Shown here piece after piece: positions 1-12,984 of a stretch of 64,000 nucleotides of DNA. The translations under genes and the position numbers were made by a program. The stretch spans positions 114,018,001-114,082,000 of the forward strand of contig OX597819.1 of the NCBI GenBank assembly GCA_951406725.2. The letters are read 5' to 3'. Every line of letters begins with the position of its first letter. Position 1 is the first letter of the stretch. The DNA comes from Octopus vulgaris (taxonomy: Eukaryota). The notes under the pieces are model-generated. The model searched no databases, was not told where the DNA came from, and saw only the letters and a list, made by a program, of their open reading frames with translations.

Positions 1-1300
1 ATCCACCCATAGAAACCATGTCAGACACTGGGGCTTTGCACAGTCCTATGGCCCACTGACTCCTGTTGAACCATCCAGTCTATGCCAGCAGGGAAAATGG
101 ACGTTAAATGATGATGACAATTATCAAGAAGTATGCCAGCTTCATTTGCACCTTTGACACTTCACCTCAAAGCCATCATAAATACTAACCATTCATAAGG
201 ATCTTGCTAGAAATAGTAACCAAGTCTATCTCAAATTACAGCCGACTTGGCTGGTTCACATAGGAGAGTGTATGAGTGATTGTGGTATGTTTCAAACTTT
301 CCTGCCCTATCATACATGTGATTAGGATTCTATCTAGAATAATGTAGTCTTTGACACCACTTTTGACCATATGTTGAATCAGAGCTGGTTTGGGGTTAAA
401 CAGTAGTAACACCATTCAAAATGTATAATTACAGACTGTATACTCACCTCCCCGATACACACAGAGGTTATGAAATAAAATCATAAATTAAATGACAGGA
501 GACATAAGGAGCAAATTTCAGGGTCACAATTTGATCCAGCTTTTAAGTAACCTAGCACCACTAATGATGAACTCAAGCAGTTGGAAACAGCAGCCAAATC
601 TCCAGCTTACTCTATTTAAAACAAGGACACACTGTGATGTACCTAGGTATATTTCGCCTGAAAACACGATGGATTGTTACAGATGGAGTTATTTTGAAAA
701 TAGGTTTGCTCGATCAAGGTTTATTTGGGACAAACAACAACACACTTAACAACCTCTATTACATCCTCATATACTTACTGTTCATTACATGTTGGAGAAT
801 CAACGCTGTTGTATTACAGCCAAAGTTCTAGTGTACTCACTACCAAACCCTTCAATCACATATGGACTGCTAGAAATAACAGTCGAATTTTCCTCAAATC
901 ACATCCAGAAAGTTTTTTTTAAAAAGGAAAGAATGTGAAGGAATGTAATCCTAGATATGCAAAAAAGGAGAGATGGTCATTGCTGGAATGATTTTAATCA
1001 CAGGTCTATTCGATCAAGATTGATCTGGGCTGAAGAATAACAATTATATATAGAAGATGCATAAAAATCAACCACTGACTGGACTAGATTATAGCATACT
1101 CTTTACTCTTTTACTTGTTTCAGTCATTTAACTGCGGCCAAGCTGGAGCACCGCCTTTAGTCGCATGTATACTTTAATAATTTATCTTTCAAGTAGATGA
1201 CATTAAGTTATTTCCCTCAAGTTTTAAATTGTTTTGCTTCGCCAGTGTATGTATATTTTAGTATAGAAATAATTATTTCTCTATCTCCATTGATCTAGAG

Positions 1301-1785
1301 CAGGGGTCGACAAAGGGCGCCCGAAGGACCCCCTACGGGTCGGTGAGGAATTACAGGTGATCGATGATAGCCAAGTGGTCGAATGGGGGTCGGCGTGCGA
1401 AAGACCAACTCACCCAGATGAACTGCTTGAAATACTTAGCGCTATGTTACCCTTCACATTGATGTTGTCAATTTCAATAAAAGATATTCCAGCAATATAA
1501 TGTTTGTCACATTTTCTAACCGTGAAAACAACTCGTAAACAAAGTTTTAAATGTAAAAAGTGCCTCATCTTCAATAGAATTTACTTTGTCGTACATGTAT
1601 ATTTTAGCTAACATTTTAATTGCCAGCATCAGTACCCAGTACGCATTTAAGTTATGGTACGGTAGGGTATTAAAATATTTCAAATGAGGGTGGTCGATGC
1701 GGAAGGAGAAGTGACTAAAGGGGCTCGATGCGGAAGGTGAAGTGGCTAAAAGGGGTCGATGGTCGAAAAAGTTTGGCGACCCCTG
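1301..1785. mobile_element. hAT-type non-autonomous element (MITE)
   Basis: TIRs CAGGGGTCG...CGACCCCTG; 8-bp TSD atctagag/atctagaa. Confidence 0.85.
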
Positions 1786-2038
1786 ATCTAGAAACATGTG
1801 AATATCTATGCTTTCTTGAGGAAGTTTTCTAAGTCCAGTGTTGTTATTATGTCTGCTAAATATCACACTATCTTTCCACCCGCTACATTACCTATTTCCA
1901 ATATTAATTAATTGATACTTTGGCGAGTCAACCAATCTCAAACGTAATATTTTGTTATATTTTACTTTAAGGAATGTATGTTGTTACCTTCACTTTTATT
2001 GGGTTTTGTTTAGCATGGCTGAATAATGTTTTACTCAC

Positions 2039-2116
2039 CTCAATAGGACATATTCTAAATAAACATTGCGTTCGCCACAGACCAGACAACGCCACTTGAC
2101 CAGGTCAACTAAATAA
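2039..2116 (-). CDS. candidate internal exon (YLVDLVKWRCLVCGERNVYLEYVLL)
   Basis: Acceptor ctttgtgtag, donor GAG|gtgagt; open and in phase with the 2696-2754 candidate exon; WxCxxCxxxN motif. Confidence 0.3.
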
Positions 2117-3250
2117 CTACACAAAGTGTGATACGTTTGTCAAATTTGTCTGACGAAAAATCAAAGCACATTTGAAATGATAGAAATAGCAGCCAAATCA
2201 CATCATAAGACCCGTCACCCACCGCCTTTAAAAAAAGGAAACACATCTTAATTATTTGATTAGTTTCACTGTATTTTGAGTGGAATGAGATGATAACGGC
2301 TAACTCGAAGTTAAACAAATAACGCATATTATATACATTTACACGTAACAAGAGGAGGAATCATTACAATATTAATTTTATTCGTTTAAAGCATACGAAA
2401 CAGCAACTAAATTTCCCTCAATATTTGTAGTTGTTTTTTCCATCAGTGTTTGTTGTGTTTTTTTTTAATGAAGGAAGGGCATGTGGACCAGTGTAATTCT
2501 AAATAAATTATATATGTAATTAAGAAGAAACGGTCACAGTGGAAACTTTGGTACAGGGCTGACCTGGGACGAAACATCAACACGACACGATAAAAGTGTT
2601 AAAACACAGTAAAATAAACAAAAAGTTTACATTATTCTAAAGTATTTTCTATAATAGTTTTAAATCTAATTACAGTATAAACATTAGAGACTAACCTGTT
2701 TGTTAAGAAGCCTCTGCCAATGAATATTTCCGTAATTAACGAAGACATGTCAACCTAAACATATTTGAAGAAATGCGGGAAAAATCACACTGCGAACTAT
2801 TTACAGACTTCTATATTACTACGCGTGAAACTGATCACTAGCAGAAGGTTAAAAGAAAACAATCTCTTTGATATAAATTTTTCACGAAAACAAATTGCAA
2901 TTTTCAGACATTTTCCCTAAAGTTATAAAACTCTAATATTAACGTCGGAATTTGATTATTGGTAAAATCTTTATCTGTCAGGATATATAAGAAGAAAAAA
3001 AATCCTTTTCGCTTGCTATGCAAACACCCATATGTATGTGATGCGGTCTTAAGCGTCGCACGAAGACTAAAATCGGAGCAGTCTGCGTTAATCCGAGTCC
3101 TCTGACAAGACAGCATACATGTAACTATGGAACACCATTACTGACACAAAAGTGCGATTTACTTTAAATTGTGATTTTAATTAAAAAAAACGTCTTCATA
3201 TAGATATGTGCACGTATAATTCACATATAAGCAACATTTTCGTCATCAAG
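2050..3250. promoter_or_regulatory. CpG-retaining region, possible promoter
   Basis: Many CpGs in non-repeat DNA (e.g. gcgtcgcacg, acgcgtg, aacgtcgg), unlike the CpG-poor DNA that follows. Confidence 0.3.
2696..2754 (-). CDS. candidate exon with ATG (MSSLITEIFIGRGFLTN)
   Basis: Acceptor atgtttag, ATG at 2748, donor CAG|gttag; lies next to a CpG-retaining region. Confidence 0.3.
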
Positions 3251-3429
3251 GATTGGAATATATAATCTTCAAGAGACCTTCAAATAACAGAGACAGTTTT
3301 TCATAAGACCTAAGGCTCAATTATAACTTATAAAGTACACCTGAGCTCTGTATACATTAAGTTCATTATTATTATACACTCGCAAGTATACATGCATACA
3401 TACATACATACATACATAATAATGAAATT

Positions 3430-3685
3430 ATTGTATACAGTGCTCAGGTGCACTACAACTTGTGAAAAGTGCGTATAAAGCATATGCAGTAATGTACAAA
3501 TGTCTGGAAAGTGAACAGTATATGAGTCAGACACATGCTTGCGTGTGTATGGAGGGGAGAAAATATCAATCTTGAGAAATTGGGTTTCTCAAAACCAGAA
3601 AGGGAGAAGCTGATCCAAAGATTACAGATCCAAGCCATCACTGGAACTGTAAGAATTTGTGAAACTTTCCAGAAGTCTACCATTT
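3430..3685 (+). mobile_element. 3' relic of an RLE-endonuclease non-LTR retrotransposon (R4/NeSL/CRE-like)
   Basis: Translates NLEKLGFSKPEREKLIQRLQIQAITGTVRICETF, resembling the RLE-element C-terminus. Confidence 0.5.
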
Positions 3686-3734
3686 AAATATATATGTGCA
3701 TGTCTAGACATGCAACTATATGCATGAGAATACA

Positions 3735-4015
3735 TCATCATCATCATCGTTTAAAGTCCGCTTTCCATGCTAGCATGGGTTGGACGATTTGACTGAGGTC
3801 TGGCGAACCAGATGGCTGCACCAGAGTCCAATCTGACCTGGCAGAGTTTCTACAGCTGGATGCTCTTCCTAACGCCAACCACTCCAAGAGTGTAGTAGGT
3901 GCTTTTACATGCCACCGGCACAAGGGCTAGTCAGGTGGTACTGGCAACAGCCATGCTCAAATGGTGCTTTTTATGTGCCACCTGCACAGGAGCCAGTTTA
4001 GCAGCACTGGCAACC
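3735..4015 (-). mobile_element. family D retroposon with (ATG)n tail
   Basis: catcatcatcgtttaa..ccgctttccatgctagcatggg...; other copies near 1-120, 5850, 8690, 20645, 22975, 29575, 33400, 38950. Confidence 0.85.
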
Positions 4016-4939
4016 TACTAGTATGAACATGCACTGATTACAAATACTGCACACATACAAACACAAATACCCTGTTGATGTTGAAATTCTAATGAAGGAG
4101 CTCTGGATCTAGGTTAGAAACTGGCTGTTTCTCTATTGACAATAAATCTTGAAATAAAACTGGAAAATGATAATATACACACATATATACATACATATAC
4201 ATGCATGTGTGTGTGCATTCACATCTGAGCAAATAATTGAGAACTTCGCTTCGTAGCCATGAGGTCTTGGGTTCAATCCCATTGGGTGACATCTGGGTAA
4301 ATTTTTTTCCCCCACTTTTTCTTTAGCTTTGGGTTGATCCATATCTTGCGAGTGAAATTGGGTGCAGAAGCTTGTCAGATGAATTCCACTTGTAATTTAA
4401 AATAACAACTTTATCACGCTGTGTCACACTGATTCTGCTTGAGAATTTCATTAAGGGTTCCTCTGCATGTGGAATATTCAATCACAAAGCCACTAATTCA
4501 ATGAGCAGGTAATTCAGTTCATTAAACAATTTAATATTCATCATCAGAACTGACAGAGAACCACTAATGGAGGTGTGTGTGTGTGTGCAAGCATGTGTGC
4601 TCAAATCCAAGAAAGCTATCTGCTACAAAATTATTAATTACTAGCAGGGAACTAAAGTTGGTTCAAGTGGAGCAGCAGGATTGGCTGAACATCAGGCTTT
4701 ATGCATTAAGGTATTTAGCTATATCCCATTACATTCTGAGTTCAAATTCTGTCTGTGATTAACTTTGCCTTTTATGCTTTTGGGAACAATAAAGCATCAA
4801 CAATACACCGATATTGGTTTGATTGCCCCACCATCATCCACTGTCCAAATTTGTACTTTCCCACTGCATTTACAATCACTGAAGGCTTTCAGGGTCAATG
4901 AAATAGTTACCAACCAAAAACTGGGATCAACAGTATTAA

Positions 4940-5135
4940 CTAACACTAACTTCAGTTCTATATTTAAGAGATGAGGAATTATGTACATTATTTACATTTG
5001 ATGGATATTTGTCCTCATCTTGTTTGTTGTTAACACAATATTTCGGCTGATATACTCTCCAACCTTCATCAGGTGTCTTGGGGAAATTTCGAACATGGGT
5101 TCTCAATCCTAAGGTATTTTTCAATGTTATTATTG
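4940..5135 (-). mobile_element. Penelope-like or retrozyme-like fragment carrying a hammerhead motif
   Basis: Minus strand contains acacCTGATGAaggttg-gagagtatat-cagccGAAA. Confidence 0.55.
5030..5080 (-). ncRNA. minimal type I hammerhead ribozyme motif (partly decayed)
   Basis: CUGAUGA, stem II ggttg/cagcc, GAAA; stem I acac/gtgt. Confidence 0.6.
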
Positions 5136-5136
5136 G

Positions 5137-5530
5137 GTGGTGATGGTGGTGGCAACAGTGGTAGTGGTGGTGAGTGGTAATGGTGGGGATGAGTGACAAT
5201 GGTAAAAGCAGTAGAGGTAGTGGTGGTGGTGGTTGAGGTAGTTGTGGTGGTGGATGATGATGATGGTTGTGATGAGTGTAATGGTGGAGATAATAGTGGT
5301 AGTAGAGGGTGACGATGGTGGTGATGGCAGTGATGGTAGTGGTGATAGTTGTGATGGTGGTAGTTGTTGTTGTTGGCAGTAGTAGTAGTAGTAGTAGCAG
5401 CAGTAGTATTGCTCATCATCATAATTATCATCATCATCACCATCATCACAATTATTACTCAATGGATAGTGACAACACAGATAATGATGCTGTTGATGAT
5501 GATGATGATGATGATGATTTATGTTCATGA
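5137..5530. repeat. degenerate (GGT/GAT/GTA/CAT)n trinucleotide tract
   Basis: Directly visible low-complexity sequence. Confidence 0.9.
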
Positions 5531-5961
5531 TGACATTAACGAACATAAAGATAATAAGGAAGAGGAGGAGGGGAGTATGACAATGATTTAATCTATTTCA
5601 ATTATCTGTTTCAATTATTCATAATACCGATGGATGTTAGAGAGAAAGGAAGGTGAAAGAAAGTTTATGAAAAAGACATTTTTTCCGATGAAAATAAAAT
5701 ACCCCCCCTCCTCTCCTCTCCTCTAACTACATTAGGAACAAACAAACAAACAAAAAATAATTTAATTGCTCAAAACTAAAATGTTCTGGTTGACTAATTC
5801 TCTCTCTCTCTCTTTCATTTTCTTCCTCTCCCTCTGTCACTATCTATCCTCATCATCATCCATCCTCATTTAACGTCCGCTTTCCATGCTAGCATGGGTT
5901 GGACGGTTCAACTGGAGTCTGGGGAGCCCGAAGGCTGCACCAGGCCAGTCAGATCTGGCAG

Positions 5962-5963
5962 TG

Positions 5964-5994
<31 letters not shown>

Positions 5995-6120
5995 CATGTA
6001 TATATATATATATACATGTGTGTGTATATATATGTATATGTATGTATATATATATGTATATGTATTTATATATATGTATGTATCTGTTTCTATATATGTA
6101 TATATATATGTATGTATGTA
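5962..6120. repeat. (TA)n/(TATG)n microsatellite
   Basis: Directly visible. Confidence 0.9.
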
Positions 6121-6559
6121 TCTGTTTCTCTCTTTCTTTTCACCTTGTTCTTACTCCTCCTCCTTCTCCTCCCCATTCACCTTTTCCCTTTCTTTTTATT
6201 CTCCTCCTCTCCTCTTCTCTTTTCACCTCTCCCTCCCCATTCCCCCCCGTTTCTCCATCTCTCCCTCTCTTCACACCAACACCATTGCCCTAATATTGCT
6301 GCTGCCACTGCTACCATCGCCATCACCTTTGCTACCACCACCTCCTCTGCTTCACAAACTCAGTAACTCAATTTTGTTGTCACTTATACAACACAAGAGA
6401 CAGCTCCTACATGGTTACTCAATCTACAAAAAAAATAACAGCCAAACCATCCACAAATCACTCTCTACTATCTTAAATAAGGTAGCACATTTGATGACAT
6501 ATAAGAAGTTCTTTTGCCAAATGTGCTGGCCTGTGCTTATAGCCATCTCATCAAATCAA

Positions 6560-6790
6560 TGCAAGACTACTATTCTGCACTGGCACCACACAGAGACGAA
6601 GGTACCTTGATGCCACAGCTATTGGCCTGAAACTAGAAAAAGATGTGTGTGAAGCACTGTCAGGAATGCATGCAGTCACAGGATCTGACAGCACTAGTGC
6701 ATTGAAAAAAACATTAAAAAATGGGCATTTTTTTAGACAAATTGGCGAGATTTTCCAATTTTGGGCAATGGAAGATGAAAAATTCACCAT
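6560..6790 (+). pseudogene. relic of a DNA-transposon-associated protein with an XPG/FEN1-like HAxTGCDxxS motif
   Basis: LLFCTGTTQRRRYLDATAIGLKLEKDVCEALSGMHAVTGSDSTSAL; upstream frameshift and stop. Confidence 0.5.
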
Positions 6791-6827
6791 GGGTATGGTA
6801 AAGGGGCATATTTCCTCCATTTCAGTG

Positions 6828-7516
6828 ACATCATCATCATCATCATCATTTAACGTCCGTTTTCCATGCTAGCATGGGTTGGACGGTTCGACCGGGGTCT
6901 GGCAAGCCATGGAGGCTGCACCAGGCTCCAGTTTGATCTGGCAGTGTTTCTACAGCTGGATGCCCTTCCTAACGCCAACCACTCCATGAGTGTAGTGGGT
7001 GTTTTTTACGTGCCACCAGCACAGGAGCCAGAGCAGGCTGGCAAACGGCCATGATCGGTTGGTGCTTTTACGTGTCACCGACACGGACGCCAGTCAGGCG
7101 GTGCTAGTATCTGCCACATTCGGACGGTGCTTTTTACGTGTCACCGGTACGAGTGTCTTAACTACAATTTCCATTTGAATTTTTATCTTGATGTTGACGT
7201 ACTTGACTCAACAGGTCTCCTCAAGGACAGTGGGTCACTCTACGATCCAAGGTTAGCACAGCAGGCTGTCCTGCGAGCCTGAACTCGCTTCATTTGTCGG
7301 GTTTTCGAATCCTCAAGAACAGCGAATCACTCTATGATCCAAGATTAGCACAGCAGGCCATCCTGCGAGCCATGAACTCACTTCCTTTGTCGGGTCTTCG
7401 AAGTCACAGCATATCTCCAGAGGTCTCGATCTTTCGTCATAGCCTCTGTGAGGCTCAAAGAACAAAGGTCATGCTTGATGACCTCGCCCATGTCTTCCTG
7501 GGTCTACCTCTACCCC
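6828..7516 (-). mobile_element. RTE-type LINE 3' end joined to a family D tail
   Basis: Minus strand encodes GRGRPRKTW...DRDLWR (RTE C-terminus), then family D sequence and (ATG)n; internal 92-bp tandem duplication at 7218/7310. Confidence 0.7.
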
Positions 7517-7949
7517 CTAGAGCATTAATAGACAAATATTTCCAATGGTTACCTGTGTATCACATATTTCCACTTTTTATAGCCTCGAAACTCACCTTTA
7601 CTTATAAAAAGCTGTTGTCTTAATTATCTGACAGGTTGTGCGAATGACAACAAGTGAAAATGTCATCCCCATAGACCCAGGAACAATGTGGTACCATCAA
7701 ACGAAAGTTGCCGGGGGCATGCAACCAACTCAATAAATAAATAAGGCCCTTTGTGGATTTTGCCTACCAACTAAAAAAATATAATGTCTCAAAAAATCAC
7801 CTCAGGTCCAATATGTAAAGTTAGGCCTCCCTTTTATACTTTAATACACTAAAACCATTTTTTCCTGAATATGTGCAGCTGAAATTGGGGTGTCCTTTAT
7901 GCCATCAAATACAGTAATTAGAGTACACTTGAGAGTAGTAAACTGTAGA

Positions 7950-8326
7950 ACTGTTAGCACGCCAGGCAAAATGCTTAGTGGTATTTCGTCCGCCGCTACA
8001 TTCTGAGTTCAAATTCCGCCGAGGTTGACTTTGCCTTTCATCCTTTCAAGGTTGATTAAATAAGTACCAGTTACGCACTGGGGTCGATATAATTGACTTA
8101 ATCCGTTTGTCTGTCCTTGTTTGTCCTCTGTGTTCAGCCCCTTGTGGGTAGTAAAGAAATAGGTATTTTGTCTGTCTTTATGCTCTGAGTTCAACTGCTG
8201 CAGAGGTCAATTTTGCCAATCATCCTTTCAGGGTTGATAAAATAAGTCCCAGTTGAACATTGGGGTCAATGTAATCAACTTACTCCTACCCCAAATTGCT
8301 GGCCTTGTGCCAAAATTTGAAACCAA
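7950..8326 (+). mobile_element. SINE family C with internal repeat
   Basis: gttagcacgccaggcaaaatgc...ttctgagttcaaattccgccgagg...; second internal unit after aaagaaatagg. Confidence 0.85.
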
Positions 8327-10559
8327 TTAGCATACACTTGGCTAAAGTGAATCCTCCATACCTATAAAAGGATAGACTGGTCATGACTGGAATTCCTTTC
8401 GTCATAGCTTTCCTCTATCAGAAATGACCTGAAGCTAAACAACAATAGTAACAACAACAGCAACAGTAGCAACAACAACAACAAACCTCTTGCAGCTATC
8501 TTCACTAACACAACACATTGAAAGTCATTGTCCCTCTAAACTACAGTGCACCAAAATGAACACTGTGCAACATCATTAAACCACCTCTGAACTAACAATT
8601 GTACACAATCTGCTCAATTAATATCCTGTCTGGGTTTACTTTACTTTCCATCCTTCCTTTGCCATTGAAATAATTTTCAATCTATTCTGCAGAGTGGCTG
8701 GTGTTAGGAATGACATCAAGCCATAAGAACCTTGCCAAAACAGACACAGAAGTCTGGTGCAGGCCCCTGCCTGGCCAGTTCCTGTCAAAGTATCCAACCC
8801 ATACCAACATAGAAGGAAGATATTAAATGACAATGATGATGATGTACTGACCACCATAAGGTCCAGTACTTGTTGTGGTGTGATGACTTCTGTGTCTCAA
8901 TAACCCTAAGAGCTATTCCAATTGAGCCCACACACACACACATATATATACGATGGCCTTCTCTCAGTTTCTGTCTACCAAATACACTCACAAGGCTTTA
9001 TTCGGCCCATGGCTATAATAACAGACACTTATCCAAGGTGCCGCACATTGGGACTGAACCCAGAATTATGTAGTTGGGAAGCAAGCTCCTTACCACACAG
9101 CCACTCCTGCACCTATGTATATTAGTCTCAAATTTTGACACAAGGCCAGTTGTTTGGGGAACGGGGAATGGTTGATTAGTGCTCAACTAGGACTTATTTT
9201 ATCAACCCCAAAAGGATGAAAGGTAAAGTTAACATCAGTGAGATTTGAACTCAGAACACGAAGATGGACAAAACTCCACTAAGCATTTTGCCCAGGATGC
9301 TAATGATTCTGCCAGCCTTCCACCTGAAAAGGCCCATATACATATTATATCATATCATACATATATAAAAATATCCCTGTATATCCCAACCCATCATTTC
9401 CATCAATGTTGGCAAAAATTGAATGAAATATGACACAAAGGATTATCTAAAAATCATCAGCTGTTCAATGGTCCATAAATATATTTAATTTGAAAAGGTT
9501 TTAGGAAAGGTCCAAGGCCCACTGTAACATTTTTGTGGCCCACTTGTGAACTATGGTCCACCCATTGCCAACCTGTGCTGTATTATAGACAAAAATTAAA
9601 TAATTCACTTTCCATCAGAATATGTGTATGTTTGGGAGATGATAAATGTAACAAACATAGAAGTTGTGAGGAGATAACTGCAGTATTGATGATAAATATG
9701 TTGAAGCAGTGGCCTGCATAATCTTAGCACAGTGATGGCTGGTGGTCATGGTGGTAGTGACTGAGATGGCATGATGTTAGTTCCTAAGGTGTGGATATAA
9801 TGGTAGTTAAAGTAGTGGTAGCAGAAAGATAGTTTTTACAACTGCATGGCCCCAGCTTGGCTCTGATCAAACAGACCTATGATCAAAGTATTCCAGTGAT
9901 GACTACTGTCTAATGTATCCTTCCTTTTTTTTTTATATATTGTCAAGTGCTATTTGAGGGAAATTTGTTTAGGTTTTGTCTACCCTGTGTGATAGCCAAA
10001 TTGGTTGCCCCTTTCCTTAAACATAAATACCTATTTCTTTACTACCCACAAGGGGCTAAACACAGAAGGGACAGACAAATGGATTAAGTTGATTATATCG
10101 ACCCCAGTGCGTAACTGGTACTTATTTAATTGACCCCGAAAGGATGAAAGACAAAGTCGACCTCGGCAGAATTTGAACTCAGAACGTAATGGCAGTTGAA
10201 ATACGGCTACGCATTTCGCCCGGCATGCTAATGTTTCTGCCAGCAGGCCACCTTTTCCAGCTCACCACCTTCCCTTTCCTTAAACATAACATACCATCAA
10301 ATATAGCAAATACACAATGTAGTCTGTGGCTACCCTGTATAGTCTGTGTACCACACACACACACACACACTTCACATAACAGCACTAGAAATTTGGTTGC
10401 TACATCTAACAGTTCAAGGGACCTCATAGCAGCTCTTCATTAGCTCAGATTTCTCAATTCCTCATCTATTTGCCAGTAGATTTCAATGGTAGCTATAGCA
10501 GAGGCAGTCAAGGTGGAATTGGTCACTGTAACAGATACTGTTCTTCTGCACTTATTGTT

Positions 10560-11070
10560 AGGACCATTGAGACTATTAATGTTGCAGCTATTTCTGTGTG
10601 TACATGTTATTTATGTTTACCTGGGCTGAATGGAAGAGGTATTTTTTTTATATAGTTTTGTCATTGTAGTTCTGTACATGTGTTTGTTTGGGTATTTGGT
10701 AGTGTTTTTCTTGTAAGTGCTGTGATGGGTGAAGTTTGCTGTAGCAAAATATTGTACCCTTTGCCCATCCAGGTAGTCTTTCATTTCTAACATTTTTGTT
10801 TCATTGTGTAGGTAGTCTATGTACAACCTATTATGGTGTATAGGGGGCTGTTAGGTGTTCTTCATAGTTTAAGGGATTTGTTGTGCAGAGACCAGGGGCC
10901 CAGGCAATGTTGGCACAATCCATGATGGCTCTAATGTATTGTTTGTACACAAATGTTAGTTTTACTTTCTGTTGGCCAAATGTGGTACCTGGATTATCTA
11001 AATATGTTTGAAGGTCATTACAGTTTAATTTCTTTTGTTATGTCCTCTATCTGAGCCATAAATATTATAA
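10560..11070 (-). mobile_element. decayed LINE RT C-terminal region (Jockey/I-like)
   Basis: VYKQYIRAIMDCANIAWAP...IDYLHNETKMLEMKDYL with stops. Confidence 0.5.
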
Positions 11071-11081
11071 AAGTGTTGAAT

Positions 11082-11270
11082 ACTCTTTTACTTGTTTCAG
11101 TCATTTGACTGTGGCCATGCTGGAACACCACCTTTAGTCAAGCAAATCGACCTTAGGACTTATTCTTTGTGAGCCTAGTACTTATTCTATCGCTCTCTTT
11201 TGCCGAACCGCTAAGTTACAGGGATGTAAACACAACAGTATCGGTTGGGGGGACAAACACATCCACACAA

Positions 11271-11330
<60 letters not shown>

Positions 11331-11495
11331 GACAGGCTTCTTTCAGTTTCCGTTTATCAAATCCACTCACAAGGCTTTAGTCTGCCCAAGGCTATAGTAG
11401 AAGACACTTGCCCAAGGTGCCACGCAGTGGGACAGAACCCAGAACCATGTGGTTCGTAAGCAAACTACTTACCGCACACCCTCTCCTACGCCTAC
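11082..11495 (-). mobile_element. SINE family A with internal (CA)n
   Basis: Matches other family A copies end to end (tail actgaaacaagtaaaagagta). Confidence 0.9.
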
Positions 11496-11859
11496 AACAG
11501 CTTTTTTCTATCTCTTTCTCTGTGTGCGTGTGTGTCTGTGTGTGTGTGTGTGTGTGTGTATGTATGGTATGTTTATGTTGTTGAGTGTAAGGTTCAGGTT
11601 GCTTTTTCATGTTCTTTGGTGTTGCTAGTAAAAATGGGGACAGAATATTTGTGAAAGGAGCTACTTTAAGTTTGTCACTGTGGAGCCAGGTATCTAGGTG
11701 ACTGATAGGGTCTTTGTGTAGTTGTGTCCAGGAATAGTGGGTGCATGGGAGGGAATGTCTATGTACTGTCATCTGTGTACAAAGCTGTGTGTGTAAAGAT
11801 TATGGCAAGGTAGTGTAGATGTAGGGAGTATGATAGTAATAGTAGATGGAGCAATGTGG

Positions 11860-12510
11860 ATTGCGCAGATGGTGGGAGCTTTGTGGTAGTCGTTGTGACA
11901 GTTGTGGTGGTAGTGTAGCAGCGTGGTATTTTATTGTAAGGGGGTGGGGGGGAGTAAAGGCAGCCACTACAGATACTACTACCACTACTACCAATGTTGT
12001 TACCACCATCATTATCCCTCCCACCATTACCATGGCCACCACCAACAACAACACCACTGCCACCACTGTTAATCACCATCACCATCGCCATCATCAATGT
12101 GTCATGGTGTTAGTCATTCAACATGTGTAATGAATAGATTAGACAAGATTTGCCAACTTCAATCTTTACAGACAGTTTTAAATGAGAAATATATATGAGG
12201 GTGCGGGTGAGGACGGTGGTAGCAGTGGTGGTGGTGGTGGTGGTGGCGGTGATGTTATCAGTTTGACGTGGAATTGATACTTGCTGCAAGAGTGATGGTA
12301 GAGGTATAGTGATAGTAATAGTAAAATCAGAAATGGTGGTGGTAGTGGTGATAGGAGTTGTGGTGCCAGTAATGGTGGTAATAGTGCCCTGGTGTGAATG
12401 ATACAGCACTTGTAATGGTGTGGCTGGTGAGTGAAATGATGAGATTTGTTGAGGCCTTTAGTTTTAGTGATGGTGATGGTGGTGATGATGATGATATTGG
12501 TGATGGTGTC
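11860..12510. repeat. alternating (GTG)n/(CAC)n degenerate trinucleotide tracts
   Basis: Directly visible. Confidence 0.8.
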
Positions 12511-12634
12511 TAAGAAAGATACACGCACCAGAACTTCTGGTTTGCATTTGCTGAAAATATTCTTCAGACTATTGGCTTTCCTTTTTCTGATACATGTTTA
12601 AGTATAAAATCTTGCAAAACTGTTTTGAATAGTA

Positions 12635-12775
12635 CATATGTATGTATGTGTGTATGTATGTATGTATGCATGTGTGTATGTGTGTATGTATGTATGCGTG
12701 TATGTATGTATGTATACATGCATGTATGTGTGTATGTATGTATGTATGCATGCATATATATGTATGCATGTATGT
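12635..12775. repeat. (GTAT)n microsatellite
   Basis: Directly visible. Confidence 0.9.
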
Positions 12776-12984
12776 CCATGCCTTTAAGCTTTATTCCCAT
12801 TCATCTATCACACTACATTTCTCCACTCTTGGTTTTCTACTAATTTCTTTCTTTCTCTAAATTGCATTTGACATTAAATCTATTAATGGTTTTTTATAAA
12901 ATAAATAACTTGCCAGCGTTTCCTTCATCATATACACAGTCACAACATTCAGTTAAAATGTCTTATTGATGTGTTTTGTTTTTC

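Noticed and set aside
2039-2108. Selenoprotein reading (TNS-UGA-PGQ)
   Set aside because: No recognisable selenoprotein family and no SECIS visible; an alternative acceptor gives an open frame
5069-6610. Long His/Thr/Val/Tyr-Ile-rich ORFs
   Set aside because: Translations of microsatellites (same for 11759-12860, 26618-27176, 57148-57502)
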